The notes under the pieces are model-generated. The model made no database searches and had not been told where the DNA came from. It saw only the letters and a program-made list of their open reading frames with translations. Made by a program: the position numbers and the translations under genes. Shown here piece by piece: positions 20,044 through 29,499 of a stretch of DNA of 64,000 bases (position 1 is its first letter; each line of letters begins with the position of its first letter). This DNA comes from an uncultured Acidimicrobiia bacterium (GTDB lineage Bacteria; Actinomycetota; Acidimicrobiia; Spongiisociales; JAENVV01). The stretch covers positions 30,523 through 94,522 of the forward strand of contig CAVVWO010000005.1 of assembly GCA_963752075.1 (NCBI GenBank), read 5' to 3'.

Positions 20044-20047
20044 CGGC

Positions 20048-20365
20048 GTGCACTTGGGGCGAGTGATCGGCACCGTCGTGGCAACGACCAGGACCCCGGA
20101 CCTCGACGGGGTCAAATTCCTGATTGTTCAGCCGCTCACCCGACAGCTCGAGCCGAGCGGCCGCCCGGTGGTGGCCGCCGACGGCGTTGCGATGGCCGGA
20201 CCCGAAGAGCTCGTTTACTTCGTCGGAAGTCGCGAGGCGGCTCAAGCGATGCCGGAGCCGTTCGTGCCGGTTGACCATGCCATCGTGGGCATCGTCGATG
20301 CCGTGGACCTGATCGAGGCGCCGGCCGGTCCCGCCAAGCGCCCAACGAGGAAGAAGAAGTCGTGA
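20048..20365 (+). CDS. BMC-P pentameric vertex protein, paralog 2
   Basis: MHLGRVIGTVVATTRTPDLDGVKFLIVQPL...VDHAIVGIVD, with a basic C-terminal tail. Confidence 0.88.
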   Translation: MHLGRVIGTVVATTRTPDLDGVKFLIVQPLTRQLEPSGRPVVAADGVAMAGPEELVYFVGSREAAQAMPEPFVPVDHAIVGIVDAVDLIEAPAGPAKRPTRKKKS

Positions 20366-20637
20366 AGGTGGCCCGCGTCTCGGGGACGGTGGTCTCGACC
20401 ATCTCGGCGCCGGTCTTCGGCGGCCGGCAACTTCTGCTGTGCGATTACGTGCACCCCGACGGCACCGCCACTGGCGACTACACCATTGCGGTCAACGTGG
20501 TGGGAGCGGGCGTCGGGGAGACCGTGCTGATCCTCGATGAGGGCACCGGCGCTCGTCAGATTCTCGGCGAGACGGTGGCTCCGGTGCGGGCTGTCGTGGT
20601 CGGGATCGTCGACGAACTCGAGATGAGCGGGACCTGA
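20362..20637 (+). CDS. BMC-P pentameric vertex protein, paralog 3
   Basis: MKVARVSGTVVSTI...LLLCDYVHPDG...AVNVVGAGVGETVLILDEGTGARQ...VRAVVVGIVDE. The GTG start overlaps the upstream stop. Confidence 0.88.
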   Translation: MKVARVSGTVVSTISAPVFGGRQLLLCDYVHPDGTATGDYTIAVNVVGAGVGETVLILDEGTGARQILGETVAPVRAVVVGIVDELEMSGT

Positions 20638-20657
20638 CCCCTTTCCATCGAGGGTGC
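20427..20657 (+). repeat. Left copy of a direct repeat (3' two-thirds of BMC-P paralog 3 plus 20 nt downstream)
   Basis: By hand alignment this matches 29325-29519. A 104-nt core (20528-20631 vs 29390-29493) is identical. The flanks carry a few substitutions, and the left copy has 36 nt that are missing from the right copy. Confidence 0.85.
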
Positions 20658-20668
20658 AACACCTTCGA
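20648..20668 (+). terminator. Possible stem-loop after the last shell gene (no T-tract)
   Basis: TCGAGGGTG-caa-CACCTTCGA, a 9-bp stem with one mismatch. The repeat boundary at 20657 falls inside it. Confidence 0.25.
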
Positions 20669-20873
20669 GGTTGGCAACGCCAACGACACTGGCCGGGTAT
20701 GCCGAAAACCGCTGTGGCAATGTAGGTAGGCGTTTTTGACGATCGCTGGACCAGCTAGCGGCGCGGTCGACCACCCACGGAATGCGGTCGCGAAAACTTC
20801 CACCCGCAGCCGAGTGGGTTTGGTGCTAGATCTTGGTCTTGGGGCGCAGGGGGCACCGGAACGAGGGGGAAGC

Positions 20874-23800
20874 ATGGCCGGCAGTGAGCGGACCGATTTC
20901 GCGGTAGCGGTGGACCTCGACCGATTCGCGGCGGGTTGGCGGCTCCTCCTCGGGCGACCCGATGTCATCGACCTCGGTGATTTGATTGGCCCCCGGCGCC
21001 GAGTGCCAGACATCGTCGTCGATGTGATGCGCTCCGAGGACCTGGCGGCCTTCACGGTGGAGGGATACGATCTCGAGCTGGTGGTCGGAGACGCACCGAT
21101 CCTGCGTCCCACGCCGGACAACGACGGGCTTCTGCTCGTCCGTTTCCCGTTCCAAAACCTCGCCGAGGACGCCATCTATGAGACTCCCGAGGGTGGTCGA
21201 CCGCCTCAGGTGCCGCACCCGGACGACCCGACGCTCCCGCCGATCGACGATCCGGATTTCGACCCTTCGGACGCCCGACCCGTGCCCCCGATCGATGCCC
21301 GGCCTGCCAAGAACAGCCGGCTCGTTTTTCGTGTTCCGCAAGGGGACGAGATCGAGTTCAGCACGCAGGGCATCCTCGATGCCATGGGTGACCTCGAGAT
21401 GGTGGTGCATTCGCTCGCCATGCCGCGCCCACCGGCCCTGCCCGGTCCGATCGAAGGTCCCATTTTCGAACTGCCGGGCGGCTTCACCGGGGTGCTGGCG
21501 ACCGATGGCCTGATCGTTCGTGCCGGCACCGAAGACATCGTCCGGGGAGAGGCGACCCCGGCCGAAGCGTTGAGCGCCCATGCACGCGACGCCCGCCGCG
21601 CTCGCGCCATCCTCTCGACACGGGCAGGCTTGGTGATCGGCGCCGACCTGAAAGTCGACGCATCCGACGTCCGATCCTTCACGATCGGCGGTGTAGAGGT
21701 GACGGTGCCTGGCTCGATGGTGGGAAGCGATCTGATCCTCCCTGATCTCGGCGTGAAAGTCCGGCCTCGGAAACGCCTGAGCAAGCCAGCCGCCCAACTC
21801 GAAACCGCCATCGAAGCCCCGTTCCGACTCATCATTTCGCCCAGCGACCAGGGCGGATGGGCGCATTCCAACCTCCCCGTCGCGGCCGGGGACGCTCCCC
21901 ACCGGGTGGAACTCTGGCACAGTCGGCTCGGAGTGCGGGTCGACTCCGGCGATGAGGTTGCTGTCGACGAACGTGCCAATCGACAGCGGATCGTGCGCGC
22001 CATATGGACCAGAGACCGGGAACGGTTCCCGGATTGGCAAGACCCGGCGAATCAGCCGGACCACGATCACGATCCCTTCAGAACCTCACTCGATGGCGCC
22101 GACCGTCACATGTTGGTGCGACAGACTGCTGAGACGTGGATTGGCGTCGGAAATCGCACGATCAGCCCGGTACCGGCCGATGCCACGGGCCTCTTTCTCT
22201 CCAGCCTCGGCGCCTGGGTCGACTTGCACGGAACGTGGACGACGGCGCCGTATTCGGAGGCAGGACTCGAATCGATCCTGCTGTGGGATCACGTGGCGCC
22301 GATGGGACGGGATCAGTTCGTTCGTGTCATGTACCCGGGGTATCTGTACCCGTTCGGCCACAAGGCAACGCTCGTCAAGGTGACCGAACGGAAGATGAAG
22401 GACGCCTCGCCATCGATCGCCAGTCTCTACCAACGAATGTTCATCGTGGTCGGTGAGGCCCTCAAGACCTTCTCGCAACGCGATCTCCCGTTTGATGAGG
22501 TGCGCCTTTCGCCCCTGGTCACCCCGACCATCGACGATCCTGGCACCGCCAACCTCAACAAATTCTTCTTCCCTTCTGTCGGCGGCATCGATTTCCCGTT
22601 CAATCTCCACACGGTCGACCGGGAAGGAACCCCCATCAGCCTCGTTGCCCCACTCATGTGGGTGGCCGAGTCTTTCGGAAGCAACGCGACCAACAGAACG
22701 GCAGTCGATTCCGCCTATGCGTCGAGTCCGAACAGCACCATCTCGGCCGGTGGTCAAAAGATCGCCTACGCGCCCGTCAAGAAGGGCGGCGACACCGTGT
22801 CCACGACCACGACGCTGAAGATGGCCGGAGCGGCATCGACGACGTCCGCCACTCCGAAGCTCGCCACGGCGAGCGTCGTCCTCCCGGCCGTCGAGCAGCT
22901 TTCGCCCGTTGGAGACGTGGTCATCCAATACGCCCAGACGTACCTCGGCAACGGTTTCGGCGGCACCGCCAACTCCGGAGACGTGTGGGCTGAACTCACC
23001 GGCGTCATCCCCAATCTCGCCTTTGGAGGCAACGGAGCGGGCAGCGACAAAGCGGGCGGGTTTCTTCAGCCCAACATGGCGATCAAAGGCTTGTCTCGCA
23101 TCAGCGGAACCGTCGGCGACGTGGCCGGCGCCGCCACCCAGACGTTTGATCCTGCCCAATTCCTGGCATCCGGCGTGGATCTCCCCAAGCTGTTCGGAGT
23201 GGTCGAGTTGCTCGACCTCATCGAGCTGGTCGTAGGCGATCTCGATCGAGCACCAAGCATCGTCTCCGAAGCCCTCGACCGAATCGAAGGCTTCGTTGCC
23301 GATCTGGAGCGAGCCAAGAAGATGGTGGAAGATGCCGTCGCCGAGGCCCAGAAGCTCGTCGACAGAGCCGCCAACAAAGCAGCCGAACTGCAGACCCAAG
23401 CCCAGCAGGCTCTCACCGCTGCGCAGAATCTCCAGGGGACCATCGAGGCGGCCGTCGACGACATCCTCGATCAGATCGCCGCTCTCCCCGGTGCCACCGA
23501 GGCCGCAGTGCAAGCCGCGCTTGCCAATCCTCTCCAGGCACTCAAGACCGCCACCACGGAGATGGAACAGGTCGCCCCACTGCTGCCGCCTCTCATCCGC
23601 CAGCAGCTGCTCAATCTGGCCAAGATCCTGCGGACCATCGCTGACGCCGTCGATATCGTCACGGACATCTATCGGTTCCTCAACGGGTTCGGGACCAGCG
23701 CAGTGATGGCTTCGTTCCGATTCGAGTGGAAGCCACCGATGAAGTCGTGGCCGAATGCCAACGATCCGATTCTGGCTCTCCAGGAAGACAGCTTGGTTTT

Positions 23801-24710
23801 GGCGGTCGAGGGCCGGGTGTCGGGCAAGGGCGAGATGGGGATCGAGGTGCTCGCCGAGCTGCGCGACTTCGTCCTTCACCTCCTACCGGCGGCTCCTCTG
23901 GTGCGGTTCAAGTTCGACCACCTCGCTTTCCGAGCCGGGTCGAGCGGCAAGCCAGAGGTCGATGTCGTCCTGCAAGACATCGAGTTCGTCGGGATTCTCT
24001 CGTTCATCGAGGTCCTCAAGGAGCTGATTCCGTTCGATGGCTTCTCCGACCCGCCGTTCCTCGAGATCGACGCCTCGGGTTTGACGGCCGGATTCACGCT
24101 CGACCTGCCCAACGTCGCCATCGGGGTGTTCAACCTCTCCAACATGTCGCTGGGCGCCGACATCCAGGTTCCCTTCCTGGGAAAGTCGGTCACCGTCGGA
24201 TTCAACTTCTGCACGCGCGAACGCCCGATGACACTCACCGTGATGGCCATCGGCGGCGGCGGCTGGTTCATGATCCGCCTGGCGCCCGACGGGCTCGACG
24301 TGCTGGAACTGGGTCTCGAGGCCGGCGCCGCTCTGGCCGTCGATTTCGGTGTGGCGTCCGGCTCCATCTCAGCCATGATCGGTATCTACATGCGGCTCGA
24401 GGGCGACACAGGCTCGTTGACCGGCTACTTCAGGTTGCGCGGCGAAGTCGATGTGCTTGGCTTGATCTCGGCTTCGATCGAGCTCTACCTCGAGCTCGTT
24501 TACGAGTTCGACAGCGGGAAGATGATCGGCTCCGCCCGATTGACGGTGAAGGTCGAGGTCTTGTTCTTCTCTGCCTCGGTCACCATCGAATGCGAACGGC
24601 GTTTCGCCGGCTCCAACGGCGATCCGAGCTTCCTCGACATCATGGGCCTGGAACCCGACGGTTCCTCGCCAGCCTGGTCGGAATACTGCCTCGCCTTCGC
24701 AGGAGCGTAG
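20874..24710 (+). CDS. Giant hypothetical protein 1 (1278 aa): Pro/Asp-rich N-terminal region, central coiled coil, Gly-rich hydrophobic beta-like C-terminus
   Basis: Uninterrupted ORF 20736..24710. ATG 20874 is preceded by GAGGGGGA. I saw no signal peptide and no named domain. Details are in the findings. Confidence 0.8.
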   Translation: MAGSERTDFAVAVDLDRFAAGWRLLLGRPDVIDLGDLIGPRRRVPDIVVDVMRSEDLAAFTVEGYDLELVVGDAPILRPTPDNDGLLLVRFPFQNLAEDAIYETPEGGRPPQVPHPDDPTLPPIDDPDFDPSDARPVPPIDARPAKNSRLVFRVPQGDEIEFSTQGILDAMGDLEMVVHSLAMPRPPALPGPIEGPIFELPGGFTGVLATDGLIVRAGTEDIVRGEATPAEALSAHARDARRARAILSTRAGLVIGADLKVDASDVRSFTIGGVEVTVPGSMVGSDLILPDLGVKVRPRKRLSKPAAQLETAIEAPFRLIISPSDQGGWAHSNLPVAAGDAPHRVELWHSRLGVRVDSGDEVAVDERANRQRIVRAIWTRDRERFPDWQDPANQPDHDHDPFRTSLDGADRHMLVRQTAETWIGVGNRTISPVPADATGLFLSSLGAWVDLHGTWTTAPYSEAGLESILLWDHVAPMGRDQFVRVMYPGYLYPFGHKATLVKVTERKMKDASPSIASLYQRMFIVVGEALKTFSQRDLPFDEVRLSPLVTPTIDDPGTANLNKFFFPSVGGIDFPFNLHTVDREGTPISLVAPLMWVAESFGSNATNRTAVDSAYASSPNSTISAGGQKIAYAPVKKGGDTVSTTTTLKMAGAASTTSATPKLATASVVLPAVEQLSPVGDVVIQYAQTYLGNGFGGTANSGDVWAELTGVIPNLAFGGNGAGSDKAGGFLQPNMAIKGLSRISGTVGDVAGAATQTFDPAQFLASGVDLPKLFGVVELLDLIELVVGDLDRAPSIVSEALDRIEGFVADLERAKKMVEDAVAEAQKLVDRAANKAAELQTQAQQALTAAQNLQGTIEAAVDDILDQIAALPGATEAAVQAALANPLQALKTATTEMEQVAPLLPPLIRQQLLNLAKILRTIADAVDIVTDIYRFLNGFGTSAVMASFRFEWKPPMKSWPNANDPILALQEDSLVLAVEGRVSGKGEMGIEVLAELRDFVLHLLPAAPLVRFKFDHLAFRAGSSGKPEVDVVLQDIEFVGILSFIEVLKELIPFDGFSDPPFLEIDASGLTAGFTLDLPNVAIGVFNLSNMSLGADIQVPFLGKSVTVGFNFCTRERPMTLTVMAIGGGGWFMIRLAPDGLDVLELGLEAGAALAVDFGVASGSISAMIGIYMRLEGDTGSLTGYFRLRGEVDVLGLISASIELYLELVYEFDSGKMIGSARLTVKVEVLFFSASVTIECERRFAGSNGDPSFLDIMGLEPDGSSPAWSEYCLAFAGA

Positions 24711-24714
24711 AACC

Positions 24715-27700
24715 ATGGTCACGGAACGATTCCAAGCGGTTGCTCTCCCCAAGACCCACGTCGAGGGGGCCCCCTTCCACGTCTCGGTGTTCGTCGGACC
24801 GGACCTGACTCCTGACGGCGCCGAGGGGGCACTCGACGATTTCAAACACTTTCCGCATTGGGCGGCCCTTCTCCGCGACGGCGGCGCCGACGTCGAACTG
24901 CGCGACCAGGACGGACCCATCGAGGTTGTCCCCCTTCTCGACCAGATTTCTACAAAGATCTGGGATGCGCTCTTCCCGCCCGACACGCCGGTTCGGGGCA
25001 AGGATGCGCCGGATTTCGCGAGTCGGCAATGGCGGACGTTCCGGGCCGCAGTTCCCCACGACGGCGCCAAGCTCATGCATGTCGTGGCGATGTTCGCCGA
25101 CCCCACCACGCCACCCGTGCCGAGCCGCCACCCCCTTGGCATTCTGCTCGGGCGGTTGAACGAGTTCCTTTCCGACAGAGACAACTTCCAGGGCAGGGAC
25201 TGGGATGAGTCGATCATCACCCGGGCGCTCGACCGAGCGGTCGGCGAAGGAGACCGGAAGCAGAGTCTCAGCCAGATCGAGAAGTCGATCGGGGCGCTCG
25301 ATCCTGTCTCACGGTTGACTCAGGAAATGCATCGGGCGCGACGCTTCTACGAGCGACCGGAGTCGGCTGCCGAGTACCGGGAACGTCCGATCGAGGGCTA
25401 TACCACTCCGCTTCCGCCTCGACCGGAGCCCGACTTCCACGAGCGTTGTGCGCTGGTTGCCGACAATCCGAGCCTCCAACGTCTGCTCGGCCTCGGTGGT
25501 GGACCTCAAGGTTGCCGAGCCGGGCCGGCTGGAGAAGAGCGACTGGATCTCGGCGCAGGATCATCCCGCAGGGAGATACGGCGGCCAGCCAGACCTCGAG
25601 AACCAGGGTGGCGGTCGCTGACGATGACCTCGTCACGGTGGCCGCTTCGAACGACTGGATCGAGGAGCGACTTCAGCTCGGCGACACCGATCGGTATGCG
25701 GTGCTGGATATGGACCCTGACGGGTCGGCCCTCAAGCTCGACCGGTTCTTGTGGTCGATGCCGCGTCTCCTCAAGGTGGAAGATGATGGCGGGCCGATCA
25801 ACGCCGCGCCGGCAGCCTTGCGGTCGATCGGTTTCACTATCGTCCGCCACCAAAAAGGGCTCGAAACCCAGAGTCGGATGTCCCGCCAGGTCAGCCTCTC
25901 CAACGCACCCGGTGCCCAGCCGCTTCTCAACACCGAGGACGTCACCCAGGGGCTCCGGGTCGACGTGTGGGATGACACGGCCAAAGCCTGGTACTCGCTG
26001 CATGCCCGCAGGATCGAGGCGGAGATCGTTGGCCACGGCGCCGTGGTCGAGGACGAGGCGGAAGAAGGCTTTGTCCAGGGCACCACCCTCACCGAAACGG
26101 TCGGCGTGGAAGACAGCCCCGTGCACGTTCACGAAGCGGTATTCGGCTGGCAGGGATGGAGTCTCAGCGCGACCCGACCCGGAAAGCGGGTCCGCCACGA
26201 GAACGGCGAAGAAATCGTCGAAGATCCCGATGTAGACCCCGACCCCATCACCCCGCTGGTGGTCGAGACGAGAGCCGAGCCCGGATCCCTTCCGCGATTG
26301 CGCTACGGCCGGTCCTACGCCTTCCGCGCCTGGGCCGTCGATCTGGCCGGAAACAGTCGCAGTCGCGACCTCGGGTCGCCGCCTCCTCCTCCACTCGCAG
26401 CGGTCAACGCCTTGACGTCTGCGATGGGCGCCGGCGGGGAGGTTCCGAACAGCGCCGCTCATCTGCTGCCGATCCTTCGGGCCGACACTGCTGCGGTGCT
26501 GATGCGAGACCGCCTCCAACCGGTCGAGCCGGCCACGCCGACGGTACCGATCGGATTCAAGATCGTCGACCAGCCTGATATCGACGATGCAATCGTGCGC
26601 CGCATTCGTGCTCGCCGGCCCGAAGCGGCACGCCCGAGATCTGGTGAGGCAAGTGGGTTCTCCACCCGGAGAGCCTCGGTGGTGGGAGCCTCGTTCGCCG
26701 ACGTGGCCCTCGATCAGACACAGCCCTTCATGGTGGACACCGGGGTCGTCGATCCTGAGGTGCTCGCCCACGCGTTGCCGCTGCCATCGGATATCGAAAC
26801 GATCCCGAACTATCTCAACACCGTCACGGCGCTCCGCCCCTTCCTCCGGTGGGATCCCGTTCAGCCGCCCACGGTCGTGGCGCGTCATGCGTATTCCGAG
26901 GGTGAGTCGCTTCTCCGGCTGGTGGTGCGCTCGGGTGTCACACAGGACCTCGACACTCTGGAGCTGACAGTGACCCGTCCGGACGTGTACGGACCTGCGA
27001 ACGGATACCGCGGAACCAGCGAACGTCACGTGGCGCCTCCCAAGACGAGCCAGACGGAGGCCGAAACACATGGAGCCTTCGATGCGGCCATCGGGTCCAC
27101 CAACCCGGCCGACCATGCGTTGCTCCTGGGTTCGGCGATCCGCGAGAAGGGGACCTGGTTTGACACCGAGGTCATCCGCCTCGACGACCCGACCACTGCC
27201 GATCCGCAGGCGGGGATCGCCCTCGCCAACGATCCCGATGTTCCGCCTTCGACCATGAAGGCACTCCCTCTGCCTCAGGGCGAGATGCCCGCCACCGGCC
27301 AGTACATCGTCCACGACACCGACGAGCCAGTGTGTTGCCCTATCTGCCCGATGTGGTGCGCGCGTGGCATCTCGTTGGTGTTCCAGGAGGCGGGTCAGGA
27401 CCGCCAGATCATCTTCCCGTTCGGCACGGAAGGCTTCACCGCTCGGTATCGGGGGACGTGGCCAGCGCGCGAACCCTTCCGTCTCGTTCTCGGCGACAGC
27501 AGTGAGGTTCGTGGTCGGACTGTCGGGACGCACCCTCGAGATCGGTCTCCCGCCCGGGCGACGTACAGCGTTTCCGGCTCGCCTCGTCGCTGGATCCGGA
27601 GGACCTCGAACTGTTCGGACTCTGGCGGATCTTGCCGCCGATCCTGCGGGACAATCCCGACATCATCGAAGCGGCCGCCGACGGATGGCTGTGGGCGTTC

Positions 27701-29267
27701 ACGCCCTTCGACCAGGTCACGTTGGTGCATGCAGTGCCCCGTCCTCTCGAAGCGCCTCGCCCGACCATCCTGCGCGCCCTGCGCCTCGAGGAGGGCGCCA
27801 CGGACGCTTTCCTCGCCGGCGCCGTCGACATCCACGGGCCGAGCACCGATTCGCTGACGGCCGAAGTGTCGTGGGTCGACCAGGTCGACGATCTGAGTCT
27901 GCCCGCCCCCGAGGAGCGGGCCGAGACCGGCGTCGCTTTCACCACGCAGGTCCGGACTGAGGAGGATCTGGCGGTATTGGGTGGCGGACCGGAGGACGTT
28001 CGCCTGGTGGTGCCCGGATTTGGGCCGGTCTGGGTCCACAGCGCGTTGCACAAACTCAACGACACCCGCCACCGCAACATCACCTATCGGTTCCGAGCCG
28101 CCACCCGCTTCCGCGAATACTTCGACCCAGCCGCCTTGGCTCCCAGCGGCGACACCACCGCCGACGGGGTGGCGGACGACGGGCAGAGCGTGCTTGGTCC
28201 GGCAACGGTCTTGTCCGTGCCCGAGCTCGGCCAAGCCGGCCGCTCCGGTGGTTCATTCGGTGATCCCCCTGTTCCGATGGGACGCCGGAACCGAACCGGA
28301 GCAGCCGATGGCGACCCGCCGCCGGCGGCGGGCCGGTGTGCGGATCTATCTGGAGCGACCATGGTTTTCGTCGGGCGAGAACGAGCTGCTCGGGGTATTG
28401 GTCGCTCGTCGCGGCGACGATTCCAACGTGGACGGGCTGGTGAGTCAATGGGGTGCGGATCCGATTTGGGTCGCCGACCAGGTCGATCGTCGAGCCATGT
28501 TCCTCGAGTTCGACGATCTGATGCGGCTCTCCGGTCTCGACGACCGTCCAGGCGACGCCATGCCGGTGGTTCCACCCGCCGAGCACCCGTTGGCCACCGA
28601 GCCGGGATCGCCGGTGGTCGGTGTGCTCGGATACCGCCCACAGTTCAATGTCGAGCGGGGCCTCTGGTATGTCGACGTGGCCCTCGATCCGACCACCAAG
28701 TTCTGGCCGTTCGTCAGGTTGGCGGTGGCGAGGTACCAACCGGAGAGCATTGCTGGATGCCATCTCTCCAAACCGGTCCGGTGCGACTTCGTGCAGCTCA
28801 CCCCAGAACGAACCACGAGCGTCAGCCGCACCGACGTCCGGCACGTCCGGGTGGTGGTGAGCGGTCCGGTTGGCGTGCGCGACGGTCTCGAGTCAGACGC
28901 CGGCGTGTTTCCTGGACCGCTGCAGCTTCCGGCCGCCGTGGCAGCGAACCGGACCGTGATAGCCCGCCTCCAGCGACGGGACCCGCAGATTCCGACCGAC
29001 CTTGGTTGGGCGACGGTCGATACGGTCGAGCTCGACGTCCGCGGTTTGGCAGGCAGCGTCTTTTCGCCTGCATGGGTCGGTTCCCTCGCCTCGCCGGTCA
29101 ACATCCCGCTCCGTCGTCCGGGCGGGGGGAGTACCTGGCGGGTCGTCGTCGAAGAGTGGGAGCGACTCGAGGGCGACCCGGCCACCCTCGGCGCCACGAC
29201 TGGCCGCCGACCGCCGCCACCGGTCTGGGAACAACGCCTCATCTACGCAGACGAGGTTGCCCTCTGA
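24715..29267 (+). CDS. Giant hypothetical protein 2 (about 1517 aa), read through five apparent +1 frame changes
   Basis: ATG lies 4 nt after the stop of giant 1. The segments are 24715-25497, a short piece VVDLKVAEPGRLEKSDWISAQ, 25560-27505 (ORF 25446..27857), a short piece VVGLSGRTLEIGLPPG, 27556-28220 (ORF 27632..) and 28220-29267 (ORF 27981..29267). Plausible protein sequence continues across every junction. Confidence 0.7.
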
Positions 29268-29274
29268 CGTCCCG

Positions 29275-29499
29275 ATGTTCCGACGATCCGGAAATGCCGG
29301 CCAACATCCGTCCGCCACGGGACCGCAACTTCTGCTGTGCGGCTACGTGCACCCCGACGGCACCGCCTCGGGCGACGGGGAGACCGTGTTGATCCTCGAT
29401 GAGGGCACCGGCGCTCGTCAGATTCTCGGCGAGACGGTGGCTCCGGTGCGGGCTGTCGTGGTCGGGATCGTCGACGAACTCGAGATGAGCGGGGCCTGA
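29275..29499 (+). pseudogene. Truncated BMC-P remnant (copy of the paralog 3 C-terminus with a 12-codon in-frame deletion)
   Basis: Translation ...QLLLCGYVHPDGTASGD-GETVLILDEGTGARQILGETVAPVRAVVVGIVDELEMSGA, compared with paralog 3 QLLLCDYVHPDGTATGDYTIAVNVVGAGVGETVL... It lacks the conserved N-terminal strand and the VGAGVGE segment. Confidence 0.75.

Noticed and set aside
20874-24710. Giant protein 1 as a phage tape-measure or tail-fibre protein because of its coiled coil
   Set aside because: There are no neighbouring tail, baseplate or capsid genes. Only about 150 residues look coiled-coil. The remainder does not resemble tape-measure composition.
20826-27533. Long antisense ORFs inside the giant genes (20826..22070 -, 22086..23879 -, 25506..27533 -)
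   Set aside because: Their composition is Arg/Gly/Asp-rich, which is typical of the reverse frame of GC-rich coding DNA. The plus-strand frames give coherent protein-like sequence with an RBS and tight coupling. I therefore treat the minus-strand ORFs as non-coding.
29002-29499. 165-aa ORF fusing the end of giant gene 2 (in another frame) to the BMC-P remnant
   Set aside because: The 5' part overlaps giant gene 2 out of frame and reads as Arg/Ser-rich noise. Only the last roughly 60 codons are BMC-P-like, so I call it a remnant rather than a functional fusion.
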